A stretch of DNA of 51,743 bases from a virus (lineage: Duplodnaviria; Caudoviricetes): positions 1 to 51,743 of the IMG/VR virus record IMGVR_UViG_3300021197_001176; one strand, written 5' to 3'. Below are positions 19,561 through 29,499 of this stretch, piece by piece. The position numbers and the translations under genes were made by a program. Under the pieces are notes generated by a model. That model saw nothing but the letters and a program-made list of their open reading frames with translations. It did not search any database and was not told the origin of the DNA. Each line of letters begins with the position of its first letter. The first letter of the stretch is position 1.

Positions 19561-20384
19561 ATATATTCATCTCCTAGTAGTGCTGATTGGAAAATAAAGT
19601 CGCCATCACCTAAAGTTATAAGTAATTTAACGCCTTGTTCCCATTGTGTGAAATCAAAAAAGTATAAGTTTATTTTACCGTTAATGTTAGCAAATAGATT
19701 ATTGAATCCACCTTGATAGGTAGCCATAAAAGGCCATTGAGTACTTCTCCTATCTAACTCATATTCTGTTCTACCCTTTAATTCCTTACCAACGACAACA
19801 CTAAGTCCGTTTTCATCTCCCTTAAAAGTGAATGTGTTTAATTTTTGTCCGTTCATTTCATCACATCTAACTGCTTCAAATAAACGTACTGCATCTACCG
19901 ATTCCCAAGAACAAGCAGGTTGTAAGATACTACCATCATTCATAGTATATCCTATTTCATTACCTACATTTAGTTTTGCGGCAAATGTTATTGATGTATT
20001 AGACCACTCATTTAATGTGGTAGGACTATGTGGGAAAGCCAAAGCATTCTCGGAAGCAGTAAGCGTTGTTTGCTTATACCTAGACTTTAGTTTTAACTTA
20101 TCATTATCATAAGTTAAGGTCAAAGCATTTCCATGATACTTTAGTATTCCCAACATAGTCTCTATGTCGCTAACAGGTATTTTGGCTTCTCCTGTAGATG
20201 GTATCGAGAAGATACCTACAGATGATACACCATCTTTAGTGAGAGAACAAGTAGCCATTCTACCACCTACGGCATTCAACATACAAGCCGAAACTTGTGG
20301 TATATTTTTACCGGAAATGGTTTGTCTACGTTGTGTACACTTTAGCAACCATATCAACGATTGTGTATCTACGATAGATTGCAT
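19557..20384 (-). CDS. Probable divergent sliding clamp (PCNA-like)
   Basis: 275 aa, two similar alpha/beta halves; in the same module as PolB and RFC; no diagnostic motif recognised. Confidence 0.45.
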   Translation of the reverse strand: MQSIVDTQSLIWLLKCTQRRQTISGKNIPQVSACMLNAVGGRMATCSLTKDGVSSVGIFSIPSTGEAKIPVSDIETMLGILKYHGNALTLTYDNDKLKLKSRYKQTTLTASENALAFPHSPTTLNEWSNTSITFAAKLNVGNEIGYTMNDGSILQPACSWESVDAVRLFEAVRCDEMNGQKLNTFTFKGDENGLSVVVGKELKGRTEYELDRRSTQWPFMATYQGGFNNLFANINGKINLYFFDFTQWEQGVKLLITLGDGDFIFQSALLGDEYI

Positions 20385-20393
20385 ATTATCACC

Positions 20394-21338
20394 TCACTCA
20401 TTTAAGAAAGGTAGTCCTGTCCACTCTACCTTCCCGCTTTTCACCGTCAAAATAGTATGTGTTGTACCTACATACTCCATGTTCTTACCTTTCATTTCCT
20501 CAATAGTACCTTTGATAGCCCACTCACCATCGGCTAGGGTTTTATCACCCTTAACACCTGCGGCTACGTCTGCCTTTTTCATGTATCTATTTAGGAAAAT
20601 CTGTTGCGAAAACTTACGCATAGTACCTTTGTCCCAATCGGGTCTATCACCGACTGTCATTAGTACTTTCTTACCTGTGCCGTCATCCATATACTGCTGT
20701 ACAGGTTTTAGGTGGAAGGTAAAGAATACTTTAGGTACAGGCAAAGCATGAATCCTAGTTAGAACATTTCTGTTCATACGATTACGTTCTCGCCATTCTT
20801 TTTGGTTAAAAGTACCATCTTCTGTTTCAATGATACCACGACTTAGTAGTGATGCTCTCATAGCGTGTTCACACCATTTTAGGAATGTTGAACCACCATC
20901 GAATACTACACCCGCCCAATCATCGGGATTGGCTGCTACCTCTTCTGCTAGAATGTTTACAAACCAATTAGTCTTATCGACCAATGCTTTGTAATCTACG
21001 TTGTTATCTGTATCAAAGATAGAATCATCTGTTTCATCGTGTAGTGGTATTACCATAATGTTTTCTGCATCGGGATAGATATAATCTACGGTAGATTTTG
21101 CTGAATTATCTACATCAAATACTGCTACCTTTTTACCTGCTTTGATTTCTGCATCCATCATAGATAGTGCTAGTCCTGTCTTAGCGGTGTTTTCCCAACC
21201 TACCAATCCCATACGCAAATCAACGGATTGTGATTTGTTGTTCTTGAAGATATTACGGTAGTATTCTTCGTTATACACCACTCCTTGTGGTGCTTCTGTC
21301 GTCTTACTTGCTTGTGGTGCTTGTGTACCCCATGTCAT
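20394..21338 (-). CDS. RecA-superfamily/AAA_24-like P-loop ATPase (recombination)
   Basis: Variant Walker A GWENTAKT, VFDVD, Walker B VVFDG, FFTFH. Confidence 0.7.
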   Translation of the reverse strand: MTWGTQAPQASKTTEAPQGVVYNEEYYRNIFKNNKSQSVDLRMGLVGWENTAKTGLALSMMDAEIKAGKKVAVFDVDNSAKSTVDYIYPDAENIMVIPLHDETDDSIFDTDNNVDYKALVDKTNWFVNILAEEVAANPDDWAGVVFDGGSTFLKWCEHAMRASLLSRGIIETEDGTFNQKEWRERNRMNRNVLTRIHALPVPKVFFTFHLKPVQQYMDDGTGKKVLMTVGDRPDWDKGTMRKFSQQIFLNRYMKKADVAAGVKGDKTLADGEWAIKGTIEEMKGKNMEYVGTTHTILTVKSGKVEWTGLPFLNE

Positions 21339-21370
21339 ATTAATACCTCATTTTCTTACGGTTATATAGT

Positions 21371-22888
21371 TTACTCCTGTGGTGCAATTATAGCACAATC
21401 AGTAGTAAGTAGTAGTATAGCGATAGAAAAAGCGGATTCAACAGCGTTGATACTTACACCAACAGGGTCAATAATACCATGAAATCTCATGTTGCAGTAT
21501 TTTCTTGAAACTGCGTTATAACCTTCGCCTTTTGATTTAGCGTAAGCAAGATTTGAAGTAGGCTGACCGCTATTAGATAAAATCTGTTTGATAGGTGCTA
21601 GGATTGCATCAAAGTATATTATACCATCCATCTTATCAACAGTCTCTTGAGTTTTCCACCAAATGTCCTTAAGTGCTACACCACCACCACTTACTATACC
21701 CTGCTTTCTAGCAAGAGTAGCGGCATTGACGGCATCGTCTACACGTTCCCTACGTTCTCTTTGTTCTATGTCAGTAATCCCACCTACCTTGATAGATGCA
21801 ATACCGGAAGTAAGTCTAGCAATCCTATTCTCTACTATCTCTCGCTCAAAATCTGTTTTTACTTGAGTTAGTATTGAGGTAAGATTATCTATGTAATCCT
21901 CATCTACCCCATCCTTAATGAATGTAGATGTAGTAGAAGTTATCTCTACTTTATCACACACACCTAACTCATGTTCTTTTACCGTAATAATACTGTCAAA
22001 TGAATTGAATACTTTACCACCACATTTCGCTTCTATATCTTGAAGCCAATGGTCTTGAGTATCACCGAAACCTGCCGTCTTAACTATACAGACATTTAAT
22101 TTACCTTGCATAATATTAACAAGTAAGTTAGGTAGTATGCTTGGGTTATAATCATGGCAAACTACCACTAAAGGTTTACCTGCTTTCATAGATAATTCTA
22201 GTGCAGGTACTATATGATTGAAAGTATCTATTTTCTCTTGCGTTAAAAGTATAGAGGCATTGTCATAAATACACTTCTCTCTATCTGCATTAGCCATTAG
22301 TTTGTTTACATACCCACTATCCATAACAAGTCCTTCGGTCAAAGACCATGTAGTAGTGTTATCGGAATTGGTTTCTATTATCACATTACCTTCTTCGCCT
22401 ACAGCCAAAAGTGCTTGGTGTATTAACCTACCTAATTCTACATCATTATTAGATGCGACAATACATACATCTAGTAAGTCATCGTCATTAACGTCAGTAG
22501 CCATGTCTTTTAATTCACTTACTATATACTTACACATAGTATTAAGAGTTTCTTTTATCTTAATATTATCTGTATCATCATCAGCCATTGTATTACACAA
22601 TGCCTGTGCTAAGATAGTAGCAGTAGTAGTACCATCTCCCGATTTACTTTGTGCTTCGTGAGCCACTTCTTGCATGAGATTAATCCCCATCTGAATATAA
22701 GGGTCGGGGTCGGTAATAGACTTAGTGATAGATACACCATCATTAAGAATTAAGGGTAGTCCCGCAGGGTTCTGTATTATTACTGTACCTGCATTTGCAC
22801 CCAATGTACCTTTGATTGCATTAGCGACTTTGTTTACCCCTAAGAGTAATTTGTCTCTTGCTTCTTCTCCATGTAATATATTTTCCAT
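21371..22888 (-). CDS. groEL: Group I chaperonin GroEL-like
   Basis: NDGVSI, GDGTTTATILA, AGFGD, GIVSGGGVAL, GIIDP motifs. Confidence 0.95.
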   Translation of the reverse strand: MENILHGEEARDKLLLGVNKVANAIKGTLGANAGTVIIQNPAGLPLILNDGVSITKSITDPDPYIQMGINLMQEVAHEAQSKSGDGTTTATILAQALCNTMADDDTDNIKIKETLNTMCKYIVSELKDMATDVNDDDLLDVCIVASNNDVELGRLIHQALLAVGEEGNVIIETNSDNTTTWSLTEGLVMDSGYVNKLMANADREKCIYDNASILLTQEKIDTFNHIVPALELSMKAGKPLVVVCHDYNPSILPNLLVNIMQGKLNVCIVKTAGFGDTQDHWLQDIEAKCGGKVFNSFDSIITVKEHELGVCDKVEITSTTSTFIKDGVDEDYIDNLTSILTQVKTDFEREIVENRIARLTSGIASIKVGGITDIEQRERRERVDDAVNAATLARKQGIVSGGGVALKDIWWKTQETVDKMDGIIYFDAILAPIKQILSNSGQPTSNLAYAKSKGEGYNAVSRKYCNMRFHGIIDPVGVSINAVESAFSIAILLLTTDCAIIAPQE

Positions 22889-22897
22889 ATTTATACC

Positions 22898-23116
22898 TCA
22901 ATAATATCCTAGTATATGTTCCCAATGTATAGCACTAACTTCGTTGTCAAAAGGAATAACCTTTGTCTCATCCACCATGACGGAATAGCCCTCTTCTATT
23001 ATGAGAGGGACTAAACCGCCTACGGATAGGACTTGTAGATGGCCTTCAAGAATGAGTCCACCAACAGTTTCCTGTATGGTGTTATGGAGAAAGACGTAAT
23101 GACCTAAAGCCTTCAC
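22898..23116 (-). CDS. groES: Co-chaperonin GroES-like
   Basis: 72 aa directly upstream of groEL; MKALG..V, TVGGLIL mobile loop, V.SVG, C-terminal ILG. Confidence 0.75.
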   Translation of the reverse strand: MKALGHYVFLHNTIQETVGGLILEGHLQVLSVGGLVPLIIEEGYSVMVDETKVIPFDNEVSAIHWEHILGYY

Positions 23117-24297
23117 TCATCCCACCCATCGTTAGTAGAAACTACTTCATCCATGACTGCTATTCTGTCAAAGGCATACCAACCGGAGATAGACATTCTA
23201 TCTTCTCCTTCTTTTGTTCGCCATGCCTGTCCGTGAAGTAGTACTTTAGTACCAACAGCGAAGTCAACAAGTGAATCTTGTTCACTTGGAATGTATACAT
23301 CTACGGTTGCTGCCGTAGAAGAAATATCTAAATCTGCACATACTAAAACATACCCGCCATTATCTCTAGGGTCTATGTGTATAACTTCTGCTACAGTAGC
23401 GAGGGTTCTATCCCACCAACCTGCATTTCCGTTATGGGTGTCGTAGTATTGACCTAGTTTATCTAAGCCCGAAATCATATTCTCTTGACCGATAATCTGT
23501 GGTACAAGTGTCAATGGGTCTGCTGAAAAGATACTTGATAATGATGCGTCAGACTCAAAGACTGAAACTCCGTCTTTAGCGTAAGCAGTAGTGCCGTTAG
23601 CGGCAGGTCTTAATGCGATAGTACCTGTTGTAAAGGTAGGGTACTGTACATCTGCACCTTTTTGTGTTGCCTTAACAGTAAGTGGTTTTACTTCATCAGT
23701 AGTACCTTGTTTGCGGCCTAAGAATAACATAGTCCTTTCTCTTTCGTCTTGTGGTCTAGGTCGGCCATACTTAAAGTTAGCATCACCGGATGGGAAAGTC
23801 TTGTTGTTCTTATCCCATACTACGAAGAAGTGTGTATTCTCATCTAGTTTCTGTGTATGTCGTGGTAATTCAGATACGTCAGCAGTCTCTACACCGTAGA
23901 AATCTTCTCTAGCGTGTCTTGTATAAGTACCATCATGGTTATTCTCAAAGAGAACAACAGCACCGGATTCAACCAATACGTTTCGTACATCTTCTGTAGC
24001 GGCTCTTAATTGACCGGACATTTTATTGTATAGTATTTTACCCCATTCTTTAGGGCGTGGTACTGAAATAAACATACCTTCATACTTTGTTGCACCGGAA
24101 CGAGATAGTCTCGCATTTTCCGTACTAATCATTCTTGCTGCTACTCTTAGTGCAAGAATACCGCAGTCGTCATCAGACTTACCTGCGTTTTTCCAAGCCG
24201 CACCCTGTTCTGCTAAGACTGATTCAGCCTTACTACGCAGGGTGTCTGCGGCCACATTTACTGTTTTTGCTACGTTATTAATCATCGTGTCATCCAT
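23113..24297 (-). CDS. Probable OB-fold ssDNA-binding/replication protein
   Basis: Beta-rich C-terminus with acidic tail (NDGWDE); replication-module context; start reassigned to MDDTMIN after GAGG RBS and TATA motif. Confidence 0.5.
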   Translation of the reverse strand: MDDTMINNVAKTVNVAADTLRSKAESVLAEQGAAWKNAGKSDDDCGILALRVAARMISTENARLSRSGATKYEGMFISVPRPKEWGKILYNKMSGQLRAATEDVRNVLVESGAVVLFENNHDGTYTRHAREDFYGVETADVSELPRHTQKLDENTHFFVVWDKNNKTFPSGDANFKYGRPRPQDERERTMLFLGRKQGTTDEVKPLTVKATQKGADVQYPTFTTGTIALRPAANGTTAYAKDGVSVFESDASLSSIFSADPLTLVPQIIGQENMISGLDKLGQYYDTHNGNAGWWDRTLATVAEVIHIDPRDNGGYVLVCADLDISSTAATVDVYIPSEQDSLVDFAVGTKVLLHGQAWRTKEGEDRMSISGWYAFDRIAVMDEVVSTNDGWDE

Positions 24298-24334
24298 ATT
24301 GGTTTCCTCTTTTTGTAATTCTAGTCCTATTTTC

Positions 24335-25225
24335 TTACGGATATAAAGTTTTTGTATATCCTTCCATACACAAACGGACAAAGTTTGCTATGGCTATATT
24401 TTCCTCGACACCGTGTATCAAATCCCTTTCGGTTATTGCTGCGGCATCTACGATACGCATTATACTATCTACTTTTGCGGTAGATGTAATAGCGTAGTCG
24501 AATACTGTTTTTACCACTTCTCTAGGTGGTATTCCGTACGTTTCTTTTAAGGCTAAATTATAATCATTCTCACGGAAACATAACGTGAGAAAATGTTTAG
24601 CGTCAAGACCTTGTGAAACAAGGCCGTTAATGAACCCTTCCGGTTCGGGGTGAACAGAAAATGCCTGTAAAGCATTGATACTATTCCTTAAGTCTCCTTC
24701 ATGTGCATCAGCAATAAGATTTAATTGACCTTCTGTAATAACCGTACCTGTTTTACCTGCTATCATAGATAATCTTTTTACTATGTGTTCCTTAGAAATA
24801 GGATTGAACCTCAAAACTCTACACCTAGATTGTAGCCACTTACTAACCTTACTCAAATCATTACAAGTAAGGATAAAATAACCCTGTGAGTTTTCTATAA
24901 CACCCTTTAATGCTGATTGTGCGGCAGGTGTTAATTGGTCTGCCTCATCAAGTAAAAAGAATTGGTTTGTGTTGCCTGTCCTAGACATAGGCAATAACTC
25001 TTCTTCTACGAAGTCAATACCTCTAGTCTTTTTACTACTAGCATTGAATACATGAATAGGCCAACCCAAATCCTTAGCCATAGCCAAAGCAAGACTTGTT
25101 TTGCCTGTACCCGCTTGTGGACTATAAAAGATAAAGTGCTGTAAAGAAGTTATCTCATTAATAACTTCGTTTTGACCCACTATCTCACTAAGCGTAGGTC
25201 GGTATTCCGTAGCCCATATACTCAT
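24335..25225 (-). CDS. rfcS: Clamp loader, RFC small subunit-like AAA+ ATPase
   Basis: W.TEYRP, AGTGKTS, FNAS..RGID, LLDEADQL, SRC, GDLR.SINALQ. Confidence 0.92.
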   Translation of the reverse strand: MSIWATEYRPTLSEIVGQNEVINEITSLQHFIFYSPQAGTGKTSLALAMAKDLGWPIHVFNASSKKTRGIDFVEEELLPMSRTGNTNQFFLLDEADQLTPAAQSALKGVIENSQGYFILTCNDLSKVSKWLQSRCRVLRFNPISKEHIVKRLSMIAGKTGTVITEGQLNLIADAHEGDLRNSINALQAFSVHPEPEGFINGLVSQGLDAKHFLTLCFRENDYNLALKETYGIPPREVVKTVFDYAITSTAKVDSIMRIVDAAAITERDLIHGVEENIAIANFVRLCMEGYTKTLYP

Positions 25226-25353
25226 ATTATTTTCTCCTTTGTTTTTATTGGCTTATCCAACTTATTAATGCTCTATGTATTATCAAGTTTCCCTGTGCAT
25301 ATCGGTTATGGTTTTGGGCTACCACCTGTTTATGTAGCCTCGCCAATTGAGAT

Positions 25354-25506
25354 TTAATAAAGACCAATAGTACCGTGTAATGCTGTCTGCATACCACATA
25401 TTCTACAAGTACAATATACTAACATCCTGTCTCCCCTACTATCACCCTTGATTCTAACAAAGTCAAACTCATGGTGTCTAGGGTCGCAGTCGTCTGTTTC
25501 TCCCAT
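25354..25506 (-). CDS. Cys/His micro-protein (50 aa), absent from ORF track
   Basis: GAGGT RBS, upstream promoter motif, C..HH...CRICG. Confidence 0.5.
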   Translation of the reverse strand: MGETDDCDPRHHEFDFVRIKGDSRGDRMLVYCTCRICGMQTALHGTIGLY

Positions 25507-25565
25507 ATTAATACCTCATTTTTCTACGGTTATATACTTTATGTTGTGTGTCTTAAGCGTCATAT

Positions 25566-25940
25566 TTACACCTGTCTCTCGTAAATCAATGCTTCTGCTG
25601 ATTGGAATAAACTCATAATTTCTGCGTGTGCAGGTCTGAAACCTAATTGGCCGCCTGTTCTCGCTTCTGCTTCTAGGGACAAAAGTAATCCTACCATAAT
25701 ACCCTTTAGATATTCCGTACTTACTTTTTCGGGAAGAGTAGTAATCATATCATCTATTACTTCGTCATCCCCTAATTCATAATCTACATCGGTAGCGAGA
25801 CAAAGAACAAACCTCATGTATTGAGCCTCGTTCATATTTGGTGCAGTTAATATTTCCCCTAAATCTATCGGTTTCTCAACATTAAAGACACTTGCTATGA
25901 TAGTGGATAAGTCATCCATTTCTATTCCCTGCATAGTCAT
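25566..25940 (-). CDS. Hypothetical acidic protein
   Basis: 124-aa ORF, GAGGT RBS. Confidence 0.55.
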   Translation of the reverse strand: MTMQGIEMDDLSTIIASVFNVEKPIDLGEILTAPNMNEAQYMRFVLCLATDVDYELGDDEVIDDMITTLPEKVSTEYLKGIMVGLLLSLEAEARTGGQLGFRPAHAEIMSLFQSAEALIYERQV

Positions 25941-25958
25941 ACCTCTAGTGTTTTATTA

Positions 25959-26357
25959 TTATACTTTTCTAACACAATGCAAACATTTAGTTTCATTTGG
26001 GGGAAATATTCTTATCTTACCACAAGAACATTGTTGTGCTTCTTGCATCTGTGCCGGAGTCATAACCGTTGGACTTCTTGTAAGCATAATATCTTCCTTT
26101 GTGTGTATTATTTTTCTGTTAATGTCATATACTAAATGATTTGCTGATGTACCTATTGCATTTTCTACTTTAGTAGAACCTACCTGCACAATCTGCGGAT
26201 TCTTACTTAACAAAGCCGAAAGACTGTGTGGTGAAGGAACGGTTCTAATGTTCTTGGTTTTACTTAACATAGCAGCCATCCCCTCTTTCGTCATAGCACC
26301 ATACTCCCACAAAATGTCCACGATAATACGTCTGACCCTTTTGTTATTAGCACTCAT
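25959..26357 (-). CDS. Winged-helix-like protein with C-terminal zinc ribbon
   Basis: PSPHSLSALLSKNP helix; CSCG...CLHC. Confidence 0.55.
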   Translation of the reverse strand: MSANNKRVRRIIVDILWEYGAMTKEGMAAMLSKTKNIRTVPSPHSLSALLSKNPQIVQVGSTKVENAIGTSANHLVYDINRKIIHTKEDIMLTRSPTVMTPAQMQEAQQCSCGKIRIFPPNETKCLHCVRKV

Positions 26358-26381
26358 GTATAAATGTAAGCCTCATAGTGC

Positions 26382-26585
26382 TTATAAATCATTCCCCATA
26401 CTTTGATACATAGCAGCCATCATATAAGCATCTCCATAAGAAACACCTTCTGTATTATCAGTAGGCGAAACACAATCCCTTTCAGTTATTTCTGCTAATC
26501 TTTCTTGAGTACCAAGTTTAACATACGGTTCTGTTAAAGCCTTACCTATCATTTCCCCCGCTAAACACATTAAAATAAAACTCAT
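26382..26585 (-). CDS. Hypothetical protein
   Basis: Short operonic ORF; start approximate. Confidence 0.45.
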   Translation of the reverse strand: MSFILMCLAGEMIGKALTEPYVKLGTQERLAEITERDCVSPTDNTEGVSYGDAYMMAAMYQSMGNDL

Positions 26586-27248
26586 AACCACTCTTGTACC
26601 AAACCCTTAGACTTGTTCATACCTTTAGGTACGCTTCCGCCTTGTTCCTTAATACGATTACTTACGGTTATAGAGTTTTTCACTATGACCTCTATATGCT
26701 TATCACTTGAACGGGATTGTTCGTGTCTATATTCTTGTTTTTTCTTCTTAGGAAACTTAGTTTTTTTATGAGCAGGTTCTATACCATAAACCATTATCGC
26801 CCTTACATACTTTTCCGGTAAAAACATAGCAGTTTTGGCTAATTTACGCCATACTGTAATGTCTATGTCATTTTCTTTCAAGAATGCTTTAGCCAAAGGT
26901 AAAGGTGTTTTACTAAATACAGCATTGACTCTTCTCCTATCCTTCCATGTTAGCAAAGCATTTATAGGAGAGTAGTGATTACTTTTACCCTTAATCTTAA
27001 GAGAGTCGGATATAATAACATAATCCTCACTTTTCTTAGTTATCTTAGGTGGTTTATCACAACAAACTACAAGTCGGTTCGTTATCATAGGCAACCACTC
27101 TAACACATCCTTTTCCTTAAACTTATTACTGCGTAGAATATATGTAGTATCTTTATCAGTAGGTGGTGTATCAATTTCTCCTATCATCATAATGTATTTA
27201 GATTCCATAAACTTACTATCATCATCTGTAAATATCACTATACCCATA
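26582..27248 (-). CDS. Hypothetical basic protein of the replication module
   Basis: About 220-aa ORF; likely start MGIVIF after GGTGA. Confidence 0.55.
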
Positions 27249-27299
27249 GGCTCACCACAATTTTTTTCCGCAATTTTTTCCAAAACCAACTATATAAAG

Positions 27300-27548
27300 T
27301 TAGAATGGGTCATGTCCATAAACGTAATTCTGCACACGTTCCATTTGTCCTGCGGTAAGACCCCAAACATCCATTATAGAAGTCTTAGTTATCCTATAAT
27401 CTGCATGATACCATTCTATACCGTTGTGAGTTATATTTGCCGTAAGATTATCTTCTTTCATAGCACTAATTAATTTAGGCATATCTTTTTCATAGATAGA
27501 CCTATTTATAAGAGTCTTAACAGAATCAGACCGCCATTTTTTACCCAT
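27300..27548 (-). CDS. Hypothetical protein
   Basis: 82-aa coupled ORF. Confidence 0.55.
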   Translation of the reverse strand: MGKKWRSDSVKTLINRSIYEKDMPKLISAMKEDNLTANITHNGIEWYHADYRITKTSIMDVWGLTAGQMERVQNYVYGHDPF

Positions 27549-28149
27549 CTATAATCACCGAAGGTTCTTTCAACAAAGCCATTTTCAATTCTACTTGGTC
27601 TAATAATTGTGGATGAGAACCTAATACCTCTATTAATATTCTCGACATATCATTGACCTGTGCTTGAGCCAACATTAACTGCGAATCTACGCCTATTTCT
27701 TTTTTCAATTGACCTACTAATTTCAAAGAAGAATTAGCCTGTCCAATTAGTTTTGCCGCATCACTAACAAACTCGGATGATATACCACCTGCTGCTTCTT
27801 TCTGCACTTCTAATTCGTTTAAGTAATTCTGAATCCTAATAACAATATCTTCTGCCGCATCTAATGTAGAGATAGTTTGTTGTCTATCTTCTTCCATGTT
27901 CTTTGCCTGTAAAGCATCAAACTCTATATGATTATCCATGTGGTTCATAACTACACCTTCATTCCAATTGTGCCTTACTTCTAAAAACGTAGCACTAAAC
28001 TCTTCATTCATTATACCTAATTCGTAATCCTTCTTGGATTTGTGGTCGCACATAGGACAACCACCATCTAAAACCCACCTAAGAACCTCGATAGCAAAAG
28101 CGTCATTTTCTCCGTGTAGTCTTTGTTGTATTTCTCTTGCTGTCCTCAT
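27541..28149 (-). CDS. Zn-motif plus coiled-coil protein adjacent to helicase
   Basis: CPMCDH...H...H, helical C-terminus. Confidence 0.55.
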   Translation of the reverse strand: MRTAREIQQRLHGENDAFAIEVLRWVLDGGCPMCDHKSKKDYELGIMNEEFSATFLEVRHNWNEGVVMNHMDNHIEFDALQAKNMEEDRQQTISTLDAAEDIVIRIQNYLNELEVQKEAAGGISSEFVSDAAKLIGQANSSLKLVGQLKKEIGVDSQLMLAQAQVNDMSRILIEVLGSHPQLLDQVELKMALLKEPSVIIDG

Positions 28150-29499
28150 CTATATACCCCACTTTTGTTCCTCTTCATCTGATTCAAGACGCTGTGTTCC
28201 TATACGACAAGTAATACCCTTTCTACCACGCCTCTTGACGTTAGGTGCGTATTCACCGTACCATGATTGGCCTTCTAGGTTTTCTACAACCCATCTCTTC
28301 GCTGATTGATAATCACCTGCTGTAATCATCTTGGAGACTTCTTTTAGTAATATTGATTTAGATATATCCTTCATCCAAAACGTACTCTTGATTAACTCAA
28401 GGTCTGCATCCATTACTCTTCTTCTCATCTCTAGTGATTGATTTAGTATTCCCCTAAGAGTATCGTCAAGAGTAATAATTAGTGGTTGTCCACCAACATA
28501 AGTAGGTTGCATCATGTGATAACCTATACATAATCTACGGAATAAATCTGCCTCAAAAGAACGTACATCCGGTCTGTTAATCCATTCAGCCACGTCATCA
28601 TCAAATAAAACACCCGTTGGTGGATTTCTTGTTGCTTCTTGTTGCCTTCTTCTAATCCACTCCTTAATCTCGATATTAAGGTTAGCGAGAGATGCCCTTT
28701 CTTCTATCTGCATATTTGCTTGTGCGTGTTGTGCTTTCTTGTAAGCCTGTTCCTTCTCCGGTGTCATCTCAATATCAATGATAAAGAATCTTCTGTCAAG
28801 ACCGGATTCTAACTCAAACCTAGCGGGTTGTGTTCCCGCCCATATAGTATATCGTGTAGTATAATTTACCCACCCGTTTCTCATGGCTTTGTTTACTCTA
28901 CCATTATCGAGTGATGTAAGTAATTGGTTTTTCATGTCTAGGCTGTGGTCTTTTTTAGATGCATCAGACATAGAGGAAAACTCTTCAAAGCCTAAGAATC
29001 CACCACATAATTCCCTAGCGATAGGTCGCCCCGCTATATTACCATCCTCATCTACCGAGCCAAACATACCTGCTTCCGTGATAGAGTTAGCACCCATCAT
29101 TGTACGATAACCTTGTCCCATATCTGCATTGTTGCTATGAACAAGACCTGTATTTTCTGCTAGGAACATCAAGATAAGAATACTTTTACCCGAACCTTTA
29201 GCACCTCTAAGCATTAGATGAATCCTTGTGTCGGGTAATTGGGACATAGGAGTATAGAACGGCATATTGTTATGCCGTAGTGGACAATGCTCTATAACGA
29301 AGTCGCCTGTTGTATATAGTGGGCTATCGGGGTCGAAGTCGCATCGGCTACACTTATTCATACTGTTAAACAAATGTCCACCGATACTACATAGAAATAT
29401 AGGTATCTTATCCGCTACATCAATGAAGAAGTTTCTATCAGCAAACTCTTGAGTCTTTTGAAATACGTTAAAACTACTCTCCAAACTCATCACCCCCAA
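28150..29499 (-). CDS. MCM-like AAA+ replicative helicase (short N-terminus)
   Basis: IHLMLRGAKGSGKS Walker A, SITEAGMFGSV, Walker B variant LGFEEF, WAGTQP, Arg finger LDRRF. Confidence 0.75.
   Translation of the reverse strand: MGVMSLESSFNVFQKTQEFADRNFFIDVADKIPIFLCSIGGHLFNSMNKCSRCDFDPDSPLYTTGDFVIEHCPLRHNNMPFYTPMSQLPDTRIHLMLRGAKGSGKSILILMFLAENTGLVHSNNADMGQGYRTMMGANSITEAGMFGSVDEDGNIAGRPIARELCGGFLGFEEFSSMSDASKKDHSLDMKNQLLTSLDNGRVNKAMRNGWVNYTTRYTIWAGTQPARFELESGLDRRFFIIDIEMTPEKEQAYKKAQHAQANMQIEERASLANLNIEIKEWIRRRQQEATRNPPTGVLFDDDVAEWINRPDVRSFEADLFRRLCIGYHMMQPTYVGGQPLIITLDDTLRGILNQSLEMRRRVMDADLELIKSTFWMKDISKSILLKEVSKMITAGDYQSAKRWVVENLEGQSWYGEYAPNVKRRGRKGITCRIGTQRLESDEEEQKWGI

Larger units (their letters stand above)
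16809..25540 (-). promoter_or_regulatory. Class III promoter motif AA(G/C)T(A/T)TATA(A/T)CCGTA, 4 copies
   Basis: 16809-16824, 21357-21372, 24336-24351, 25525-25540, each upstream of a replication-module gene. Confidence 0.7.
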
